Shown here piece after piece: positions 23,290-37,840 of a stretch of DNA of 64,000 bases. Below the pieces are notes generated by a model. That model made no database searches. It saw only the letters and a program-made list of their open reading frames with translations, and had not been told where the DNA came from. Within the stretch, counting starts at the first letter, position 1. Every line of letters starts with the position of its first letter. The stretch spans positions 89,592,001 through 89,656,000 of the forward strand of contig NC_045697.1 of NCBI RefSeq assembly GCF_009834535.1. The letters are read 5' to 3'. The stretch comes from Camelus ferus. Lineage: Eukaryota. The position numbers and the translations under genes were made by a program.

Positions 23290-26200
23290 GATTTACTTCC
23301 TTTGTCTGAAGGCTCCATAGAAAGCCTAGAAAAGGGCTGTCTGGTTAACACTCCACCCAAGAAATACCAATGGAAACTACCTCCTCCATGACTTCAGTGA
23401 TGGGGGAAGAGGAAGGACTGATCTTCCATCTCCCTCCTTGCAGAAACAGAGTGGTATCATCAGAGTCTAGTGGCGAGGTAAGCCTCTACCTACAATGCAG
23501 CAAAGTGCATAACAATACAGTATGGAGTGGGGCTTAGTCATCACCACGTTTCACCACCCTACTCCCACCCCAAGTGTTAACAGGGCCTAGGCACAAGTAG
23601 AGCCTCCACCCCACCCTGCATTAATAAAAATAAATGAGACACTGTGAATTGAGGAACACTCTACTTTCTCACTAACTTGTTGTTAGCAGGACCCAGCTGG
23701 AGACCAGAACTTTGACATGTCCCCACCAGTAATGAGACTAAATGAGGTGGTGGGAAGCAGGGTCAGCTGGTACTCCAGTTTCCCTCTACTGACTCCAGCA
23801 TCTACAGGTGCCAACAGAGATTTATAAATAAATCAACATAGCATTCTACAAAAAAATGTCGAGCATTCCCCCAAATAAGAAAATATGAGACATGAATAAA
23901 ACAAATAGAAAACAAATAATAAAATGAAAAGATTAAAGCCATAAAATATCAATAATTGTCTTAAATGTAAATGGTCTAAATACATCAGATGAAAGAGATT
24001 GGCAGAATGAATTTAAAAAACTAGACCCAACTGTATGCAGCTTGCAAGAAATTCACCACAGATTCAATGACAAAGGTAAAATGTAAGTTAAAATATAAGG
24101 AAAGATATATCATGCAAACATTATTTTTTAAAAGCAGGAATAGATATGATATATCCAATAAAACAGACCTCAAAGATAATTCTTAGATAAAGAGGAATAT
24201 TATATAATGATATTAGAATCCTTCTACCAAAAAGACATAATGAACGTTAATGATAATGAATGTTATGCCCAAAACAACAAAACTTAAAAATATATGGAGC
24301 AAAAACTTACAAGGCAGGAGGGAGAAATAGACAAATATATGATTGTATTTGGTGATTTTAACACTCAGTCAGCAACTGATACAACTACTAGGCAGAAAAT
24401 CAACAAAGATGTAGAAAACTAAACAGCACAGTCAACCAATGCAAACTAATTGACATAGATAAATATCTAGCAACAGAATGCAATTTTTTTTCACTATCTG
24501 TATTCCATTTTGGGTCTCCCCATGCCCCCCACTCCCATTCATACATTCATAGTTGATATTAATTGATTATTTTTTGGCATATGAACATTACTACGATTCT
24601 AAGAATCAAGGCTATCCAAAAGCATGTTCAGAGAAGTATCACCACCTATCTCCCCCATACTATGCCATTCCCCTTCTCCAATTCTTTCCAACTCACTTCC
24701 ATCTACTCCTCACAGGTAACAATTTCAAGTTCCTGGATTATCTTTCCTGTATTTCTTCTGCACAGAAGCATGTATATTTTCTTATATACTTCTTTCTTAC
24801 AGGAAGGATAGCATACTACATGCATTCTTTTGTACTTGGCTTCTTTTTCGGTTGGCAATACATCCTGGAGACTACTCATAGAAATCTTCCCCTTGTTTTG
24901 TATAGCAGCATAATATTTAGTTGTGTGGATGTGACATAGTTTATCCAGCTAGTCTCCTATATTGGGGCATTTAGGTTGTTTAGTATTTTGCAGTTGTGAA
25001 CAATGCAATGAGTAACTGCATGAGTATGTGTGTATAGATATAGATAAAGATGTAGGTATAGATATTATTGTTGAAGGTGTATCTTCAAGGTACATTTCTA
25101 GAAATGGGATTGCTGGTTCAGAAAATAAGTACATATGTAGTTACTGTAAAGCATTGCCAAATTTTCTTCATGAAGAGTTTTACTAACTACAATGAGGTAT
25201 CACCTCACACCAGTCAGAATGGCCATCATTCAAAAGTCCACAAATGACAAATGCTGGAGAGGCTGTGGAGAAAAGGGAACCCTCCTACACTGTTGGTGGG
25301 AATGTAATCTGGTGTAGTCATTATGGAAAACAGTATGGAGATTCCTCAAAAGACTAAAAATAGACTTACTATATGACCCAGTAATCCCACTCCTGGGCAT
25401 ATAACCAGAGAGAACCTTAATTCAAAAAGATATATGCACCCCAATGTTCATAGTAGCACTATTTACAATAGCCAAAACATGGAGCCAACCTAAATGTCCA
25501 ATGACAGATGACTGGATAAAGAAGCTGTGGTATATTTATACAATGGAATACAACTCAGCCAGAAAAAAATAGAATAAAATAATGCCATTTGCAGCAACAT
25601 GGATGGACCTGTAGTTTGTCATTCTAAGTGAAGTAAACCAGAAAGAGAAAGAAAAATACCATATGATATCACTTATATGTGGAATCTAAAAAAATAAAAA
25701 GACAAACAAACTTATTTACAAAACAGAAATACTCACAGACAGAAAACAAACTTATGGTTACCAGTAGGTAAAGTGGGTGGGAAGGGATAAACTGGGGGCT
25801 CAAGATTTGCAGATACTAACTAATAAATATATAAAATAAACAAGTTCATACTGTACAGCACAGGGAACTATATTCAATATCTTGTAGTTACTTGTGAAAA
25901 AGAATATGAAAACAAATACATGTATGTTCAGGTATGACTGAAGCATTATGCTGTACACCAGAAACTAATACAACTGATTATACTACAATAAAATATATAC
26001 TAAGAAAAAAGAGTTTTACTAATTTGTATCCCCCCTGAGCATGTGTGAGTCTGCCTGTTTCCCCACAGTCTTGCAACAGAAAGTGTGGTCATAATTTTTA
26101 GTTTTTGTCAGTCTGATAGTTGAGCAATGACACCTCCCCAAACTCTGACTTCCATCTCCTCAACCCAACAAGATTGCCAGGTGAGTTCTGTTCGGCTACA

Positions 26201-28780
26201 TCCTTCCTGCACTGTGGCCTGGAAACTGCCTCCCTTCAGAAGCTGACCTTATCATAAGGCTCACCTCATTTCTTTCACTTTTCTCAGGGATGATAGTCCT
26301 GACTTCTATTACCCAATGCCTAAAAAACTTTATTTGTCTAGATTTCTAGTTGTTTAAGGCAAGAGCATAAATTCAGTCCCATTATTCCATCAATGGTGGT
26401 AGTGGAAGTTGGTCCACGATTCATCATAAGATTTCTAGATAGAGAAGATTATCAAAGATTATCAAAGCAATAGAAAAAAAATTATAGAACTGAATAGACA
26501 CTCTCTTTTACATTCAAAAGGCTCCAAGAATAATAAACAGAATGAATGCAACTAAATCCACCTTGTGAAAATTCTTAACTCTAAAAATGTTTTTTTTTAA
26601 TGGAAAACTTTTATAAAGGAAGAATAAAGAAAAGAGAAAGGAAATCTTTCTCTACAAAAGAAAGAGAAGCTGAGTAGTAAGAGACTTCTCATTGGCAGAA
26701 TGATAAAAGACAATAGACCAAATTTTCAGAGGCCTGAAAGAATTTGATTTGAATCTAAAATTCTATAATCAGGAAAAGTAGAATAAGTGATAATAAAATT
26801 TTAAGAGAATACTATTAACAACAGGAACAAATTTGAAAATAAAGATGAAATGGATGATTTTCTTGGAAAATACAGATTATAAAAATTGACTCAAGAAGAT
26901 ACAGAAAAATCAAATAGACCTATATTCATAGAAGAAATTGAAAATTAGTTTCAATATATACCTATTAAAAGGCAACAGGCTCAGAAGTACTGATAGCAGA
27001 GTTTTACTGAACTTCAAGGAACAGACAAAAAAATATGAAAAATTTCCTAATTCATTCCAAGAGGCTAACAGACCCTGTTAGTAAAACCAGACAAGCATAT
27101 CAGACCAGTGAAGGTCTAATCAGGAGGAAGAAACCCTTACAGTTATAAAAAAAATAATAACATAATGGAAAGAAATGAAACTAGATGTAAAGTTGTTACC
27201 CGAGTAACTGAAAGGATAGGATGGGAAGTCAGAATTGAGCAGCTGCAGAGAGCAGTTTACACCTTAGGACGTGAAAGAATAAAGGAAATAAGTTGAAAGT
27301 ATTAAAACACAGAAGTATGGAGGAGGGTCCCTATGAACTAAATCTGAAGAGAGGCTATGGCCTTACCTGTGCTGCTATCTCTGAGTGGTGGGGAGATGGA
27401 GGAGTGTGGAGCATGCTGCGACTGTTGGAAAAATCACAAACTGGATACAGCTGTTACGGAAAGGACCTGCTGCTGGCTGGGTGAAGAAGTGTTGCCAAGA
27501 CACCACACACAGGAAACGGAAGCAGATAGGAAGATCACAGCAAGCTGTCAGGAAGGGGCAAGTCCCTTCTTCCTCTTCTAGCCTTGCGATCTCTTTTGTT
27601 AGAGACTAAGAAGAAGGCATCTGGCAAAGCAGAAATGTGGTTTGCAGGGTTCCAGCCCTAGCATCACAGACGAGTAGGCTTGGAGCTGAGAGAGCACAGA
27701 AAGCACACATATAAAGCAAAATTTATGCCCATCCCATTTATAAATGAATGAAAAATTATAAATAAAACATCAGCATGCTAAATCTAGCAATGTAAAAAGA
27801 ATTAAATATCACAACAAAGAGTTTTTCCCAGAAATACAAGGATGCTTCAGCATTCAGAAGCCTATTTATTAAGAGATAGGAACAGACAAATCCTGAAAAA
27901 GCATTTGATGAAAGTCAATGCTTGTCCCTGATAAAAATCTCTTAGCACTAGAGTTAGAAAAAAAATTGTATGTAATAGTAATACATCAGAAAAATTCCTA
28001 ACGAAGTCAGAAAAAAACCACATTCTTTTTTAGCGCTGATTATATATTCACCATGATAGCCCACATCCTGGGCCAAAAAACAAACTCAAAAAATTTAAAA
28101 TAAGTGAAATCATACAGAGTGTGTTATCTAACATACCAGAATCAACTAAAATCAATAATTGAAAGACAACAGAAAAATCTCTGTATAAGTGACAATTAAG
28201 CAATATACTTCTAAAAATATCCACGAGACAAAGAGTAAGTCTAAAAGAAAATTTTAAATATTTAGAATCATAGGACTGACTAAAAATTAAATACAAAATA
28301 TCAAAGTATGTGGGACATAGATAAAGCAGTGCTAAAAAGGAAACTTATTGCACTAAAGGCTTACATTAAAAGAGAGGAAAGAATCAAATTGAAAATTTAA
28401 GTTATTACCTCAAGAACCGAGGAAAAAAAGTAAAATACACCCAAATCCAGCAGAAGGAGGGAAACAATAAATATGCAAAGAGAAATCAATGAATTTGAAA
28501 ACAGTAGAAAAGTCATTGAAAAAAGCTGACTCTTTGAGAAAATAAATAAACCTGATAAACCTCTAGTAAGACTAACAATAATAAGAGAGAAGACTACTAA
28601 AATTTAATCAAGATGAAAGCAGAAATCGAAATCCTGTGAAGTTAAAGAAATTATCTACATTATTAAGAGGATTCCAAAAATAAATCTTCAAGTCCCTATG
28701 GTTTTACTGAAGAATATTACAAAATAATCAAAGAATAATTAACACCAATTTTATACAATATATTTCAGAAAAAAATAGGT
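23290..28780. mobile_element. Composite old L1 block (sense ORF2 pieces, antisense L1 ~24500-26130, LTR-like inserts ~26130-26410 and ~27100-27700)
   Basis: ttaaatgtaaatggtctaaat...agattggcagaatg (endonuclease region); aataaagatgaaatggatgattttcttggaaaa; agcatttgatgaaagtcaa. Confidence 0.75.
25187..26008 (+). mobile_element. Young 5'-truncated L1 with TSD, nested in an older L1
   Basis: 14-bp TSD aagagttttactaa (25173-25186 / 26009-26022); well-preserved ORF2 C-terminus and 3' UTR; A-rich tail. Confidence 0.93.
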
Positions 28781-31700
28781 AATACCTGATTGTTCTAACT
28801 TCTTTCCCAAAGCAGCCTGATGAAAATGATGCCACTGTTCAGAGATTAGGATGCGTAAGTCACAACTCTCTCAAGTGTGTATGGGTGTGTGTATGGGGTG
28901 TTCCCCCCAATAGTGCTTCCCGTACTCTACTACCGCAAACCTGGAGATTGAGCATGTATCCTCCAGGCTCCGCACCGCTACTTGCATATGTAAAGTCTCC
29001 AAATGTCTGGATAGATCACTTCCTTTACATTTATTGAAGATTTTAACATCTGAATTCACCACCTCTTCTTATAGAATTTATGATTTCAGTATCAACATAT
29101 CAGATCCTTTTAGAACCCTAGTCTTCTATTATCTTGACTTCTTTTCCTTATGCCATCTCAGCTACTCATTTACATGATGAAATAGGAAAATCTGTTACTT
29201 CTAACGAGTGCACCTCCACCATTATCTCTATTTAACCTCCACTCTCTGTACCACAGCCATATTCTATTCTCCCTCTAATATTCCAATTATAATACTCAAA
29301 TATAAGACCTATAATTTATTTAACATTTTAATTTATTAAATATTTTAATTTGTCATCTTCTATATTGAACTTACTTTTTTTTTTAAATTAAACTTTTAGA
29401 AGTTTTTCCTGGCATCCACCTTTGATCATGGTGTGATAGAGACTATTGCCTCCCGAGAACCATCCCTACCTGCCACGTTTATAGTAGTACCGAACTGATA
29501 GTTTACACCAGAAATTGACACACTGTAACTGACTATACTTCAATTTAAAGAAAACTGAGCTTAAATATTTATACCACATAGTCTGTAAACATTTTCTAGC
29601 ACACAACTGCCTTCAAATCCCTTATGCTTGCACTCATCCACATTTCCCTGACCACAATGTGTCTGTGAATATAGATCTGGCTTTATCTTCTCTGCACCTG
29701 GATCTCTGCCTATCTCTCATCATATATACCACACCTCACTTTTTATAATCCATCTCCATATTTCATAGTTATCTGTCCCATTATGTAAAGTCTACTTCCA
29801 GCTATGAAAACAAAACCTTCATAAAAGGAAGGATTTTTTTTTCAGCTTTTCTCCCCTTTGTTGTAAAAAAAAAAAAATTTAAAAAGTAGTTTCATTGTAA
29901 AATGATACTGTTTGATTTTTTTTTTACTGTTTGATTTTTAAATTGTATAAAAGTGATATACCTGTGTAGTCTTTAAGAACTAGCTTTTTTCATTCTCAAA
30001 TGTGTTTTAAAATTTAAGGTGTTGTATGTAGTTGTCATTTATTTTTAATATGTGAATATCAGGCTTTACTTAGCCACTTTAAAGTGAACATTTCATGTAT
30101 TTATAGTTTTTGGTATTGTGAAGAGTACTGCTAAGAATATTCTTGCAAACATTCCCTGGTACACATTTCCAAGAATACTCTGGAGAAAACTAAATCCATT
30201 ATATTTCTACTTCATATTAGGAATCAATTCAAGAAATATAAACATAATGCATTTAAATAATTTAAAATATAAAATGTTTAAGAATAATAAAATATCTACA
30301 TTGAAAACTATAGAATACTGCTGAGAGAAAATAAAGAAATATATAGAAAATATATTCATCTACTAGAAAACTCAGTTTTATTAAAATACTGATTCTCTTT
30401 AAATTTATCTAAAGGTGCAGTACAATCTCAATCATGTTGAACTTTTTAACTCAAAAACTCAGTATTTTAATTACAAGTATTATTTAAATTGTTGGAGTAC
30501 TGTCCAAATACACATCAGTTATTTTTAGCATAACATGGAGCATTAAAAGCTTGATCTTATAGTAAATATTAATGACTCCAAAAAATCTGGGAAGGATTTT
30601 CTAGTTTTAAGAAATTTTCAGGTGATTGTGATGCACACCAAATTTTGAGAAGAATCTTATCTCTGTACTCGGTTTTTAATTTTCTAAGAGTTTAAATATT
30701 TGGTTTAATAATTAAATTCTCAATAAAATACAGTCATTGAAATCCAATCAACACTGCAAAAGCCACAACTTTAAATTTTTGCATTTCTGCACTTACCAGA
30801 ACACATCAAATACTTCCCTTTCTTAGTATCTTTCAAAAATATATCAGTGCTTAAAATCACAGGTAGATTATTTTTACCTATAATTTTATAAATAATCATA
30901 ATTACCTGTTAAAATGATATTGAAAAAGGCAGTGTTTTTCAATACTTCATAAGACAGCAGTAATTCCATGTGCTTTGTGAAAGTTATGGAAATGTGAATT
31001 GTAATTGAATTTTGTGGTTATACACACTGAAAAACGTCTGTTAGAACTGGCAAAGCACAATGAAGAGGTATTTATTTAACCATTTTGTTTTAAAAGTTGT
31101 CATTGCCAAGTTTTGAAGGAAAAAAACATAAAACCTAGCTAATGCCCCAAATACTACACCAGAGGGTATATTTTTCCTGAAGCCATCTGGAAAGCAGCTA
31201 ATGCCCTGAAGTTTGAGAACTGATAGCCCTTTTCATTTTTATCCTCACTAGTGTAGGTCTTTAAAACATTTTATAACTTCTAAGTCAGACATGCCATACC
31301 ACAATACAAAATGGTAGCCGAGATCAAAGCTCAAGAGCCTGATATTCAACAAGATTTCTCATCTTACACATGGCATGTTGTCTTGTGCGTTATTTACGTC
31401 GAGTAAAAGAAAACATGAAGTGAATTCTAATTCAGTATATCTCAACAGGATAACTACCTGGTGCAGTCCCAATCCTTATATACAAAAAACAGTTTGTGTG
31501 CCATGGAGCAAATGATCACTTAGAGGAGAAAACTCACTCAGGTTGCATAGTAAATCTTAAAAGCATATCATCTGTAGCAATATACTTAACTATAAAGTAG
31601 AATCCAAAGGTAATTATTATGTGCAAGACATTCATAACCAAAAGTATAAAATCTTAGAATTTAAAGGTTTGGTATTTTTTAGGTGTCATCTTACAAATAT

Positions 31701-34700
31701 TCACCTTTATAAACCAGAAACTTCCTCTACCATATTCACTGCAACCTATTACCTTGCATAAGAAAGGGGAGAAATCAAAAACAGTAAGATGAAACTGAGT
31801 GCCTTCCTAGAGAATTAATATCACTCAATATTTTAAGAAAATAAACTCCTAAAGTTTTTGCAACTCCTAAATATAAGCATATGGAAGCAACTTCGTGAAA
31901 AGTATATTACCGAGTACCAACAGAAGTCAGGAATTGTACTTTGGTATTACAACAGCAGTGAGCCAGGGGTTAGGGAAGCTCCTCTCTCCTAAGTGTTCTT
32001 AAATAAGCAGGCACCATACAAAATGAAAAACAGTCATGACAGAAAGAGAATCAGCCTTACTAATATGTTCTAAAATAAGATGTTTCTTTGCATCTCCTGG
32101 GACTTGAAATGTTGAGATGTGAAGAAAGACAGAGAGAGATTGAGAAACCTGGCTATACCTGTGGACCAGGAGGCAGAAAGAAGAGGGTTGCCCAGTCTTG
32201 GATGAGGGTTCAGCCCTCATCATATGGATCACAGAAGTGCAAGAATACTGCCATGGTATCTGACCCTAAAGGTCTTTCCTGTTAACCATGCCTATTTATA
32301 CAACTGTACATGAACATTTTCCCTTCCTGAGAGAGAAGTAATTAATATATAACTAGAAAAATGCATGTAAATAAGGAGATACATAACAAGGTTTCAAACA
32401 AAGAATCGCCTTCATTACCATTTTTATTAGCAACAGTATTACTATTACTACTACTAGTACTAATTCTATTTCTATGATAGTAGTGCTACCTCTATGTACC
32501 TGCTGGGATACCTCCAAGGATGGTGGGTTCAAGACTATCTGTAACAAGATCTGGGGTGTTAGATGGATCATGGGGTTTGTAGTGTTTTTCAAGCTGTTAT
32601 TAAACTAAAATCTGCCTCTCAACAAATTGTATCTACTTAAACTTTTTTTCTCTTTATGGGAACAACTTTTCTCAATAACCCTTATTCAGATATTGGAAAA
32701 GAATGTTGTATCTCAAGTTTGTTTACTCAGTTTCTCAGTTTTCTCATCTGAAGTGGCTCCTATTACCATTACTGTCTTGTTCTCTCTCATCCAAATATGG
32801 TTTCGTCCCTCAGTGTCCTTTGTAAATGTGGTGCTCTGAATTGTATGAAGTGTTACCCATACAGTTAGAACAACAAAGGAAGTAAGAAACTCTTATGTGT
32901 TAACTGGGAAACTTTTTTTTAACTTTATTTAGGATTGTGGTATCTTGTTTCCATTAAAGTGACTGGTATTCTGATGACTTCCCCCTCCTGGCTCCCTCAA
33001 TGAAATTAATCACCTAGTCCTCATGCTTTCACCTCATAATTACCTGGTTTTTTTTTAAGTGCACATACCTCTTCCTATCTATAATATTTTAATTATCTGT
33101 TTGTTCAGCTGTCTCTCTTATGGCACATTGTCTTGGTGTACAGGGAAAACCACATTCATTTTGACGTTTCCAGTATTTATAGACAAACATATAAGCAAAA
33201 TACTAGATTGAGAATTTGCAGGCCAAAATCTAGTATTTCACTTTCAAGTTCAGATGCTTTGTAAATATCTAGTCATAAAACACTTTCCAATAATTTATTT
33301 AAAATGATGAACCAAGAACTATAAAGCTTCAATCATTTACTTCTGTAATATATATTCAATATGCAAAATATGAGCATTTTATTTTTTTAAAGTGAAACAC
33401 AAAATCATTTTAAAGGATCATTTAGATAATGTTATATTACTATAAGTACTAGTAGAAATAATATTCTACACATATTCAAAAACACAGATTTCAATATGTC
33501 CTAAATGGTTCTGTTAAAAAATAAGATTTTATTAAGAACATTTTTTTCTTAGCTCAAATTTTAAAGAAGTTTAACAAATTAGGTTTTTCTTTTTAACAAA
33601 TACAGTTGTCTTAATTTCCAGATCAAAATTAAAAATTACTGATGCAGAGAACTTTCCCTTTGTAAACGTCTGAAAACAAATAATTATTTTATTAATAAAC
33701 TAGAAATATGAGTTTTTAAAAAACTGCATCATAGCATTTACAGATGGAAAAAATTTAGATTTCTAAGAGCCATCTGTTGATGAAAGCCTTTAACTTGCTA
33801 TTTGTTGGCACTTGTTTCAAGACAAGTTACTTCAATTTTGTATCTATTTTTAGCAAAGTCATTTCATAAAATTTGTCCCATTTAAGATGCTGCTATCAAG
33901 TGTTAATGGAAAATAAGTGAGGATATTATCTTCAGTAATCTTAGAACTGGAAAAATATTCTAATGACAGAGTCCCATCTTAATTTATTTTTGTTTTAGTA
34001 AGGAAATTAAAACTTCATTTTTTTCAGTATGAAAGTTGTGACTATATAATGACAAAATATCTCCTAAAATTACTTTGATTAACTCAGAACATTTGACTTT
34101 TTTAAAAAAATCAATATTTAATTTTATCTTAAAACAAATAACATGAAACAAAGCAAAACAAACAACTAAGCTCTCTTAAACTGAAGTTTGAAATTTCTTC
34201 TACCTACCTTCTAGTCTACCAGAGTACTTGAGTTTTACTTTATAGGATTACACGTCCTTTAATGACCTTACGATTAGCTCAAAATGAAACAATTGATTTT
34301 TTACATTTTTTTTTTTTAGTATTTACAATGTTTCCCTTCATGTTTATCCACTTGGATTTGTATCTTTTTTGATAAAATGAAAAAGTTAAGTGAAATTGAC
34401 ATTTAAAAAGTCATTAGAAGACACATCCAAATACTTTCCTAAGTGCTGAATTTTGGCACTGAAGGTGCTGGACCCTTGAAATATCTTCTTTAATCTATGC
34501 AATAGCAACTCTGGCTTAGAAGTACTTTTAGTATATATGCCTACTCCTTTTCCCCCAATTTATTTTCAATCACAATTTAAAGAAAATGAAAATGCAGAGA
34601 TTATGAGGATTTATACCTTCTGAACCTTGAGACGTACTGTACTCCATGAAATCTTTGTGAGCTTTTTTAAGATGTGACTTTAAGTATTAATCAGGGAAAC

Positions 34701-37337
34701 GCAAGCTTGTACTGGGGTTCTCTACTGAGATAGTTACTTATTCATCTTTTCTGAGAAATACTGGGATGTAAAATTTTAAACACTTGCTAAATAATTAAAT
34801 GATTGTTATTCAAGGAATTAGAAGCGATAAAATTCTCTTCTCACTGTCATATAGTCTATGTCTTCATAGCAGTGGATTATTTTCTAATTAAAAATACTTC
34901 TTGTTCTACCACTTTTATAAGAGGGATGCCCTTTGCACCTATGAAGTTTCTACCCACTTTGCATGTCCTCCGTGAAGATTTATCTGAATATCTCAATGAC
35001 ACACAATATTTTCCCCTCTTCTCAACTCATTTCACATATACAATCTATCTTTTGAATCATACACCTCCTGATCTTATTTCATGGCTACTGTGCAAAAACC
35101 TTATGTGCTTTGCCACCCCCTTTCCCTTCCACTATGAAACTGCAAGCTCCTCAAGGCCATAGGCTATGTGGTAAATTTCTTCATATATTGTCACAGCACC
35201 AGTACTGAGCAACGCACAGAACATATGATTTAAAAATACTTTCCGTGTTGTATAATTACTCCATTCCTGCAACAAACCTCATTTGGTTATAACATTAAGA
35301 AAATACTTTCTGAATTAACTAGGATTTTGAGGTGTGCTTAGTAAAACTAATTTTACATCAGAGGAACAAGTTGTGTGGGGCAAACAGTATTTAGTCTCTA
35401 CTAGGGCTTGGCAGCATAAGTGATTGGAACTCTGGCAAACATCATGCTGCCAGTCGAAGAGAAAACAGTTGGCAGGGAACCAACAAATAAAAATTCTCAG
35501 TATTTTTTCAAGGGTAAACCTAGGGTGAATTAAAGCTCTGAAGTCTACTAAAACGAGAATAACTAAAACATGTAAATTATACTTTCCCCCTCTCCCTGTC
35601 AACTAAACAGGCATGGTTTTATAAGCATGGTTTAATCCAAAAAGCAGATGTACTTTCTCCTTGTGATACTAAATGGAGCCAACGGGCTTACACAGTGCTT
35701 TATTTCCCCCCTTCCCCTGTGGTTACTAGAAATGGCAGTTGAAAGAACTAAGGATTATAATTTCAGGGCATGGCAGTAGATGCAAAGAATTGAGTTCCAA
35801 TCCTTCAGAGGAAATAGGAAACAAACAAACAAACAAAAAACAAAACAAAAGAAAGAAAGAATAAAAGAGAGACATATAAAGGAAGAGTAATGGCATTAAA
35901 AACAATGTCAATCAGAAACTACATCATGAAATAAGCAATGACAATACTAAAAAGCTAGTATTATAAGTCCCTAAATAGCCCTTCGACATGTACCTGAGGG
36001 ATCTTTTATGTTAAATCAATTTCTACTCAACAAATCTGTCAGATGTTTACTATCATTTAACTAGCCTCCTATGAATATCTAAATCCCTTCCTCGAAGAAT
36101 CCAAGAGACACCACGTTTTTCTGGTGTGATGGCCTGGGAGGCGATACTTGCTGAGTTGATAGGCTTTTTCTAAACAGGCCTATGGAATTTAGCTCTCATG
36201 TGGCTTCTTACTCATTTCTGTTTTCACATCATATTGCTTAGTGCCTACTACTCAAAACTACTTTTGACATTTTTATGTACAAAAATGTAATTGTTAAATG
36301 GGTCAAGCAATAATTTTGTGGCCAAAAACATCTCATTCTGAGTCCAACACTGACATGTATTAGCTAGTTGCATGATGCAGTAAAAGAGGCATAAAGTTTA
36401 AGCTTTTTGGTTTTTGAGTTTTTAAAAGATTAAACTTAAATCTATGTAAAGCACCTTATAGCTGGCATATATTAGACATTCAATAAATTATTATTATTAA
36501 TAACAAACAAACCTAAGGGCATTACAGAATCTGACCTTACAGTGAAGAAAACATGAAATTTCAGTTTCCTTCTGAGTCACATGGGAAAAAAAAAGGGGGG
36601 TTTTAAATGTTCTGTGTATGTTGGGCCTTCAGGTTTGCTTTTGCTTCCCAAGTCCAAAGTCTCTAGCTAGAAACACACTGCAACAAGTCAGCAGAATCCT
36701 CGATAGGAATTTTCTTCATTGATCTTTAAGGTGCTAAACAGTTCCTTACAAAGTCTAAACTGAGTGAGAGTCTTAGACACACTTTCAGTTCACAGCAATA
36801 ACTAGCTTTCATCCAGAATGAGGCACTTCAATTAAGTTATTCAGAATACCAGTAAGGAAAATTAGAATTTGAGCATATATTCAAGACCTTGTGACTGCAG
36901 GCAATAGACCAGAAATAAGTTGAAATACTTCATAACTATGTCTATCCTATGTGTTGTATTATATATGAGGAATTCAACAGTGTTTAATAAGAAACACAGG
37001 GTACTTTTGTTCTAATTTGGATTTCATTATGTAGCTAAATCTAGTGTGGAATGTATAATTGCATTTAAGTTTGTGTGCCAGGAATCCCATGTTCTTCGTG
37101 CCTCATAAGATCTACAAATGCACCAGGAAAAGGAAGCCAAAATGTGGGAGTCTTACATGTGCACTACAGGCTTTCAAAAGGCTCAACAGTAACAATGATA
37201 CCAAAACCAGCAACAATTCTAAGAGCAACTAAAATGCTGAGCATTTACCATATATATGCCAGGCTTCGTTCTGTGTTCTTTACCTATGTTACCTCATCTA
37301 TCAACACTGCAACTCTGAGTTTACTCTTGTCATTTAC

Positions 37338-37840
37338 TGTGTAAGTCAGGGTTCTCCAGGGAAACAGAACCTCTCTCTCTCGCTCCCTCAATCTATCTCT
37401 CTGAGGAGATTTATTACAGGAATGAGCTTACGTGGTTATTACCATCTGCCTTCTGCAAGCTGGAAAGCCAGGAAAGCTCAACTGTGCTACACAGCTCAAA
37501 GGCGGGACCATGGGGTGGGAGTCTGGGGGAGATGTTGTAAGTTCTTGTCTGAGTCAGAAACTCCAAGAACCAGGAGTGCCAAAGTTCAAGGGCGGGAGAC
37601 AATAGGTGTCTCAGCTCAAGCACAGAATGAACTAGCCCTTCTTCTGCCTCTTGTTCTAGTCAGGCTTTCAGCAGACTGGCTGATGCGCGCTTGCACTGGT
37701 GTGGGGACATCTTTCCTTAGTCTGCTGCTTCAAAGGCTAATCTCTCCTGAAGACACCTCCCAGACGCATTCAGAAACAATGTTTACCAGTTATCTGGGCC
37801 TCTTTTAGCCCGGTTATGTTGACACATATTAACCATCCCA
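37338..37840 (-). mobile_element. MLT2 (ERVL) solo LTR nested in a MIR
   Basis: Ends tgtgtaagtcagggttctccagggaaacagaacc and gttgacacatattaaccatccca are reverse MLT2 termini. Flanks are MIR-like (ggtaaactgggattagagaggttaaataatttccc). Confidence 0.85.
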
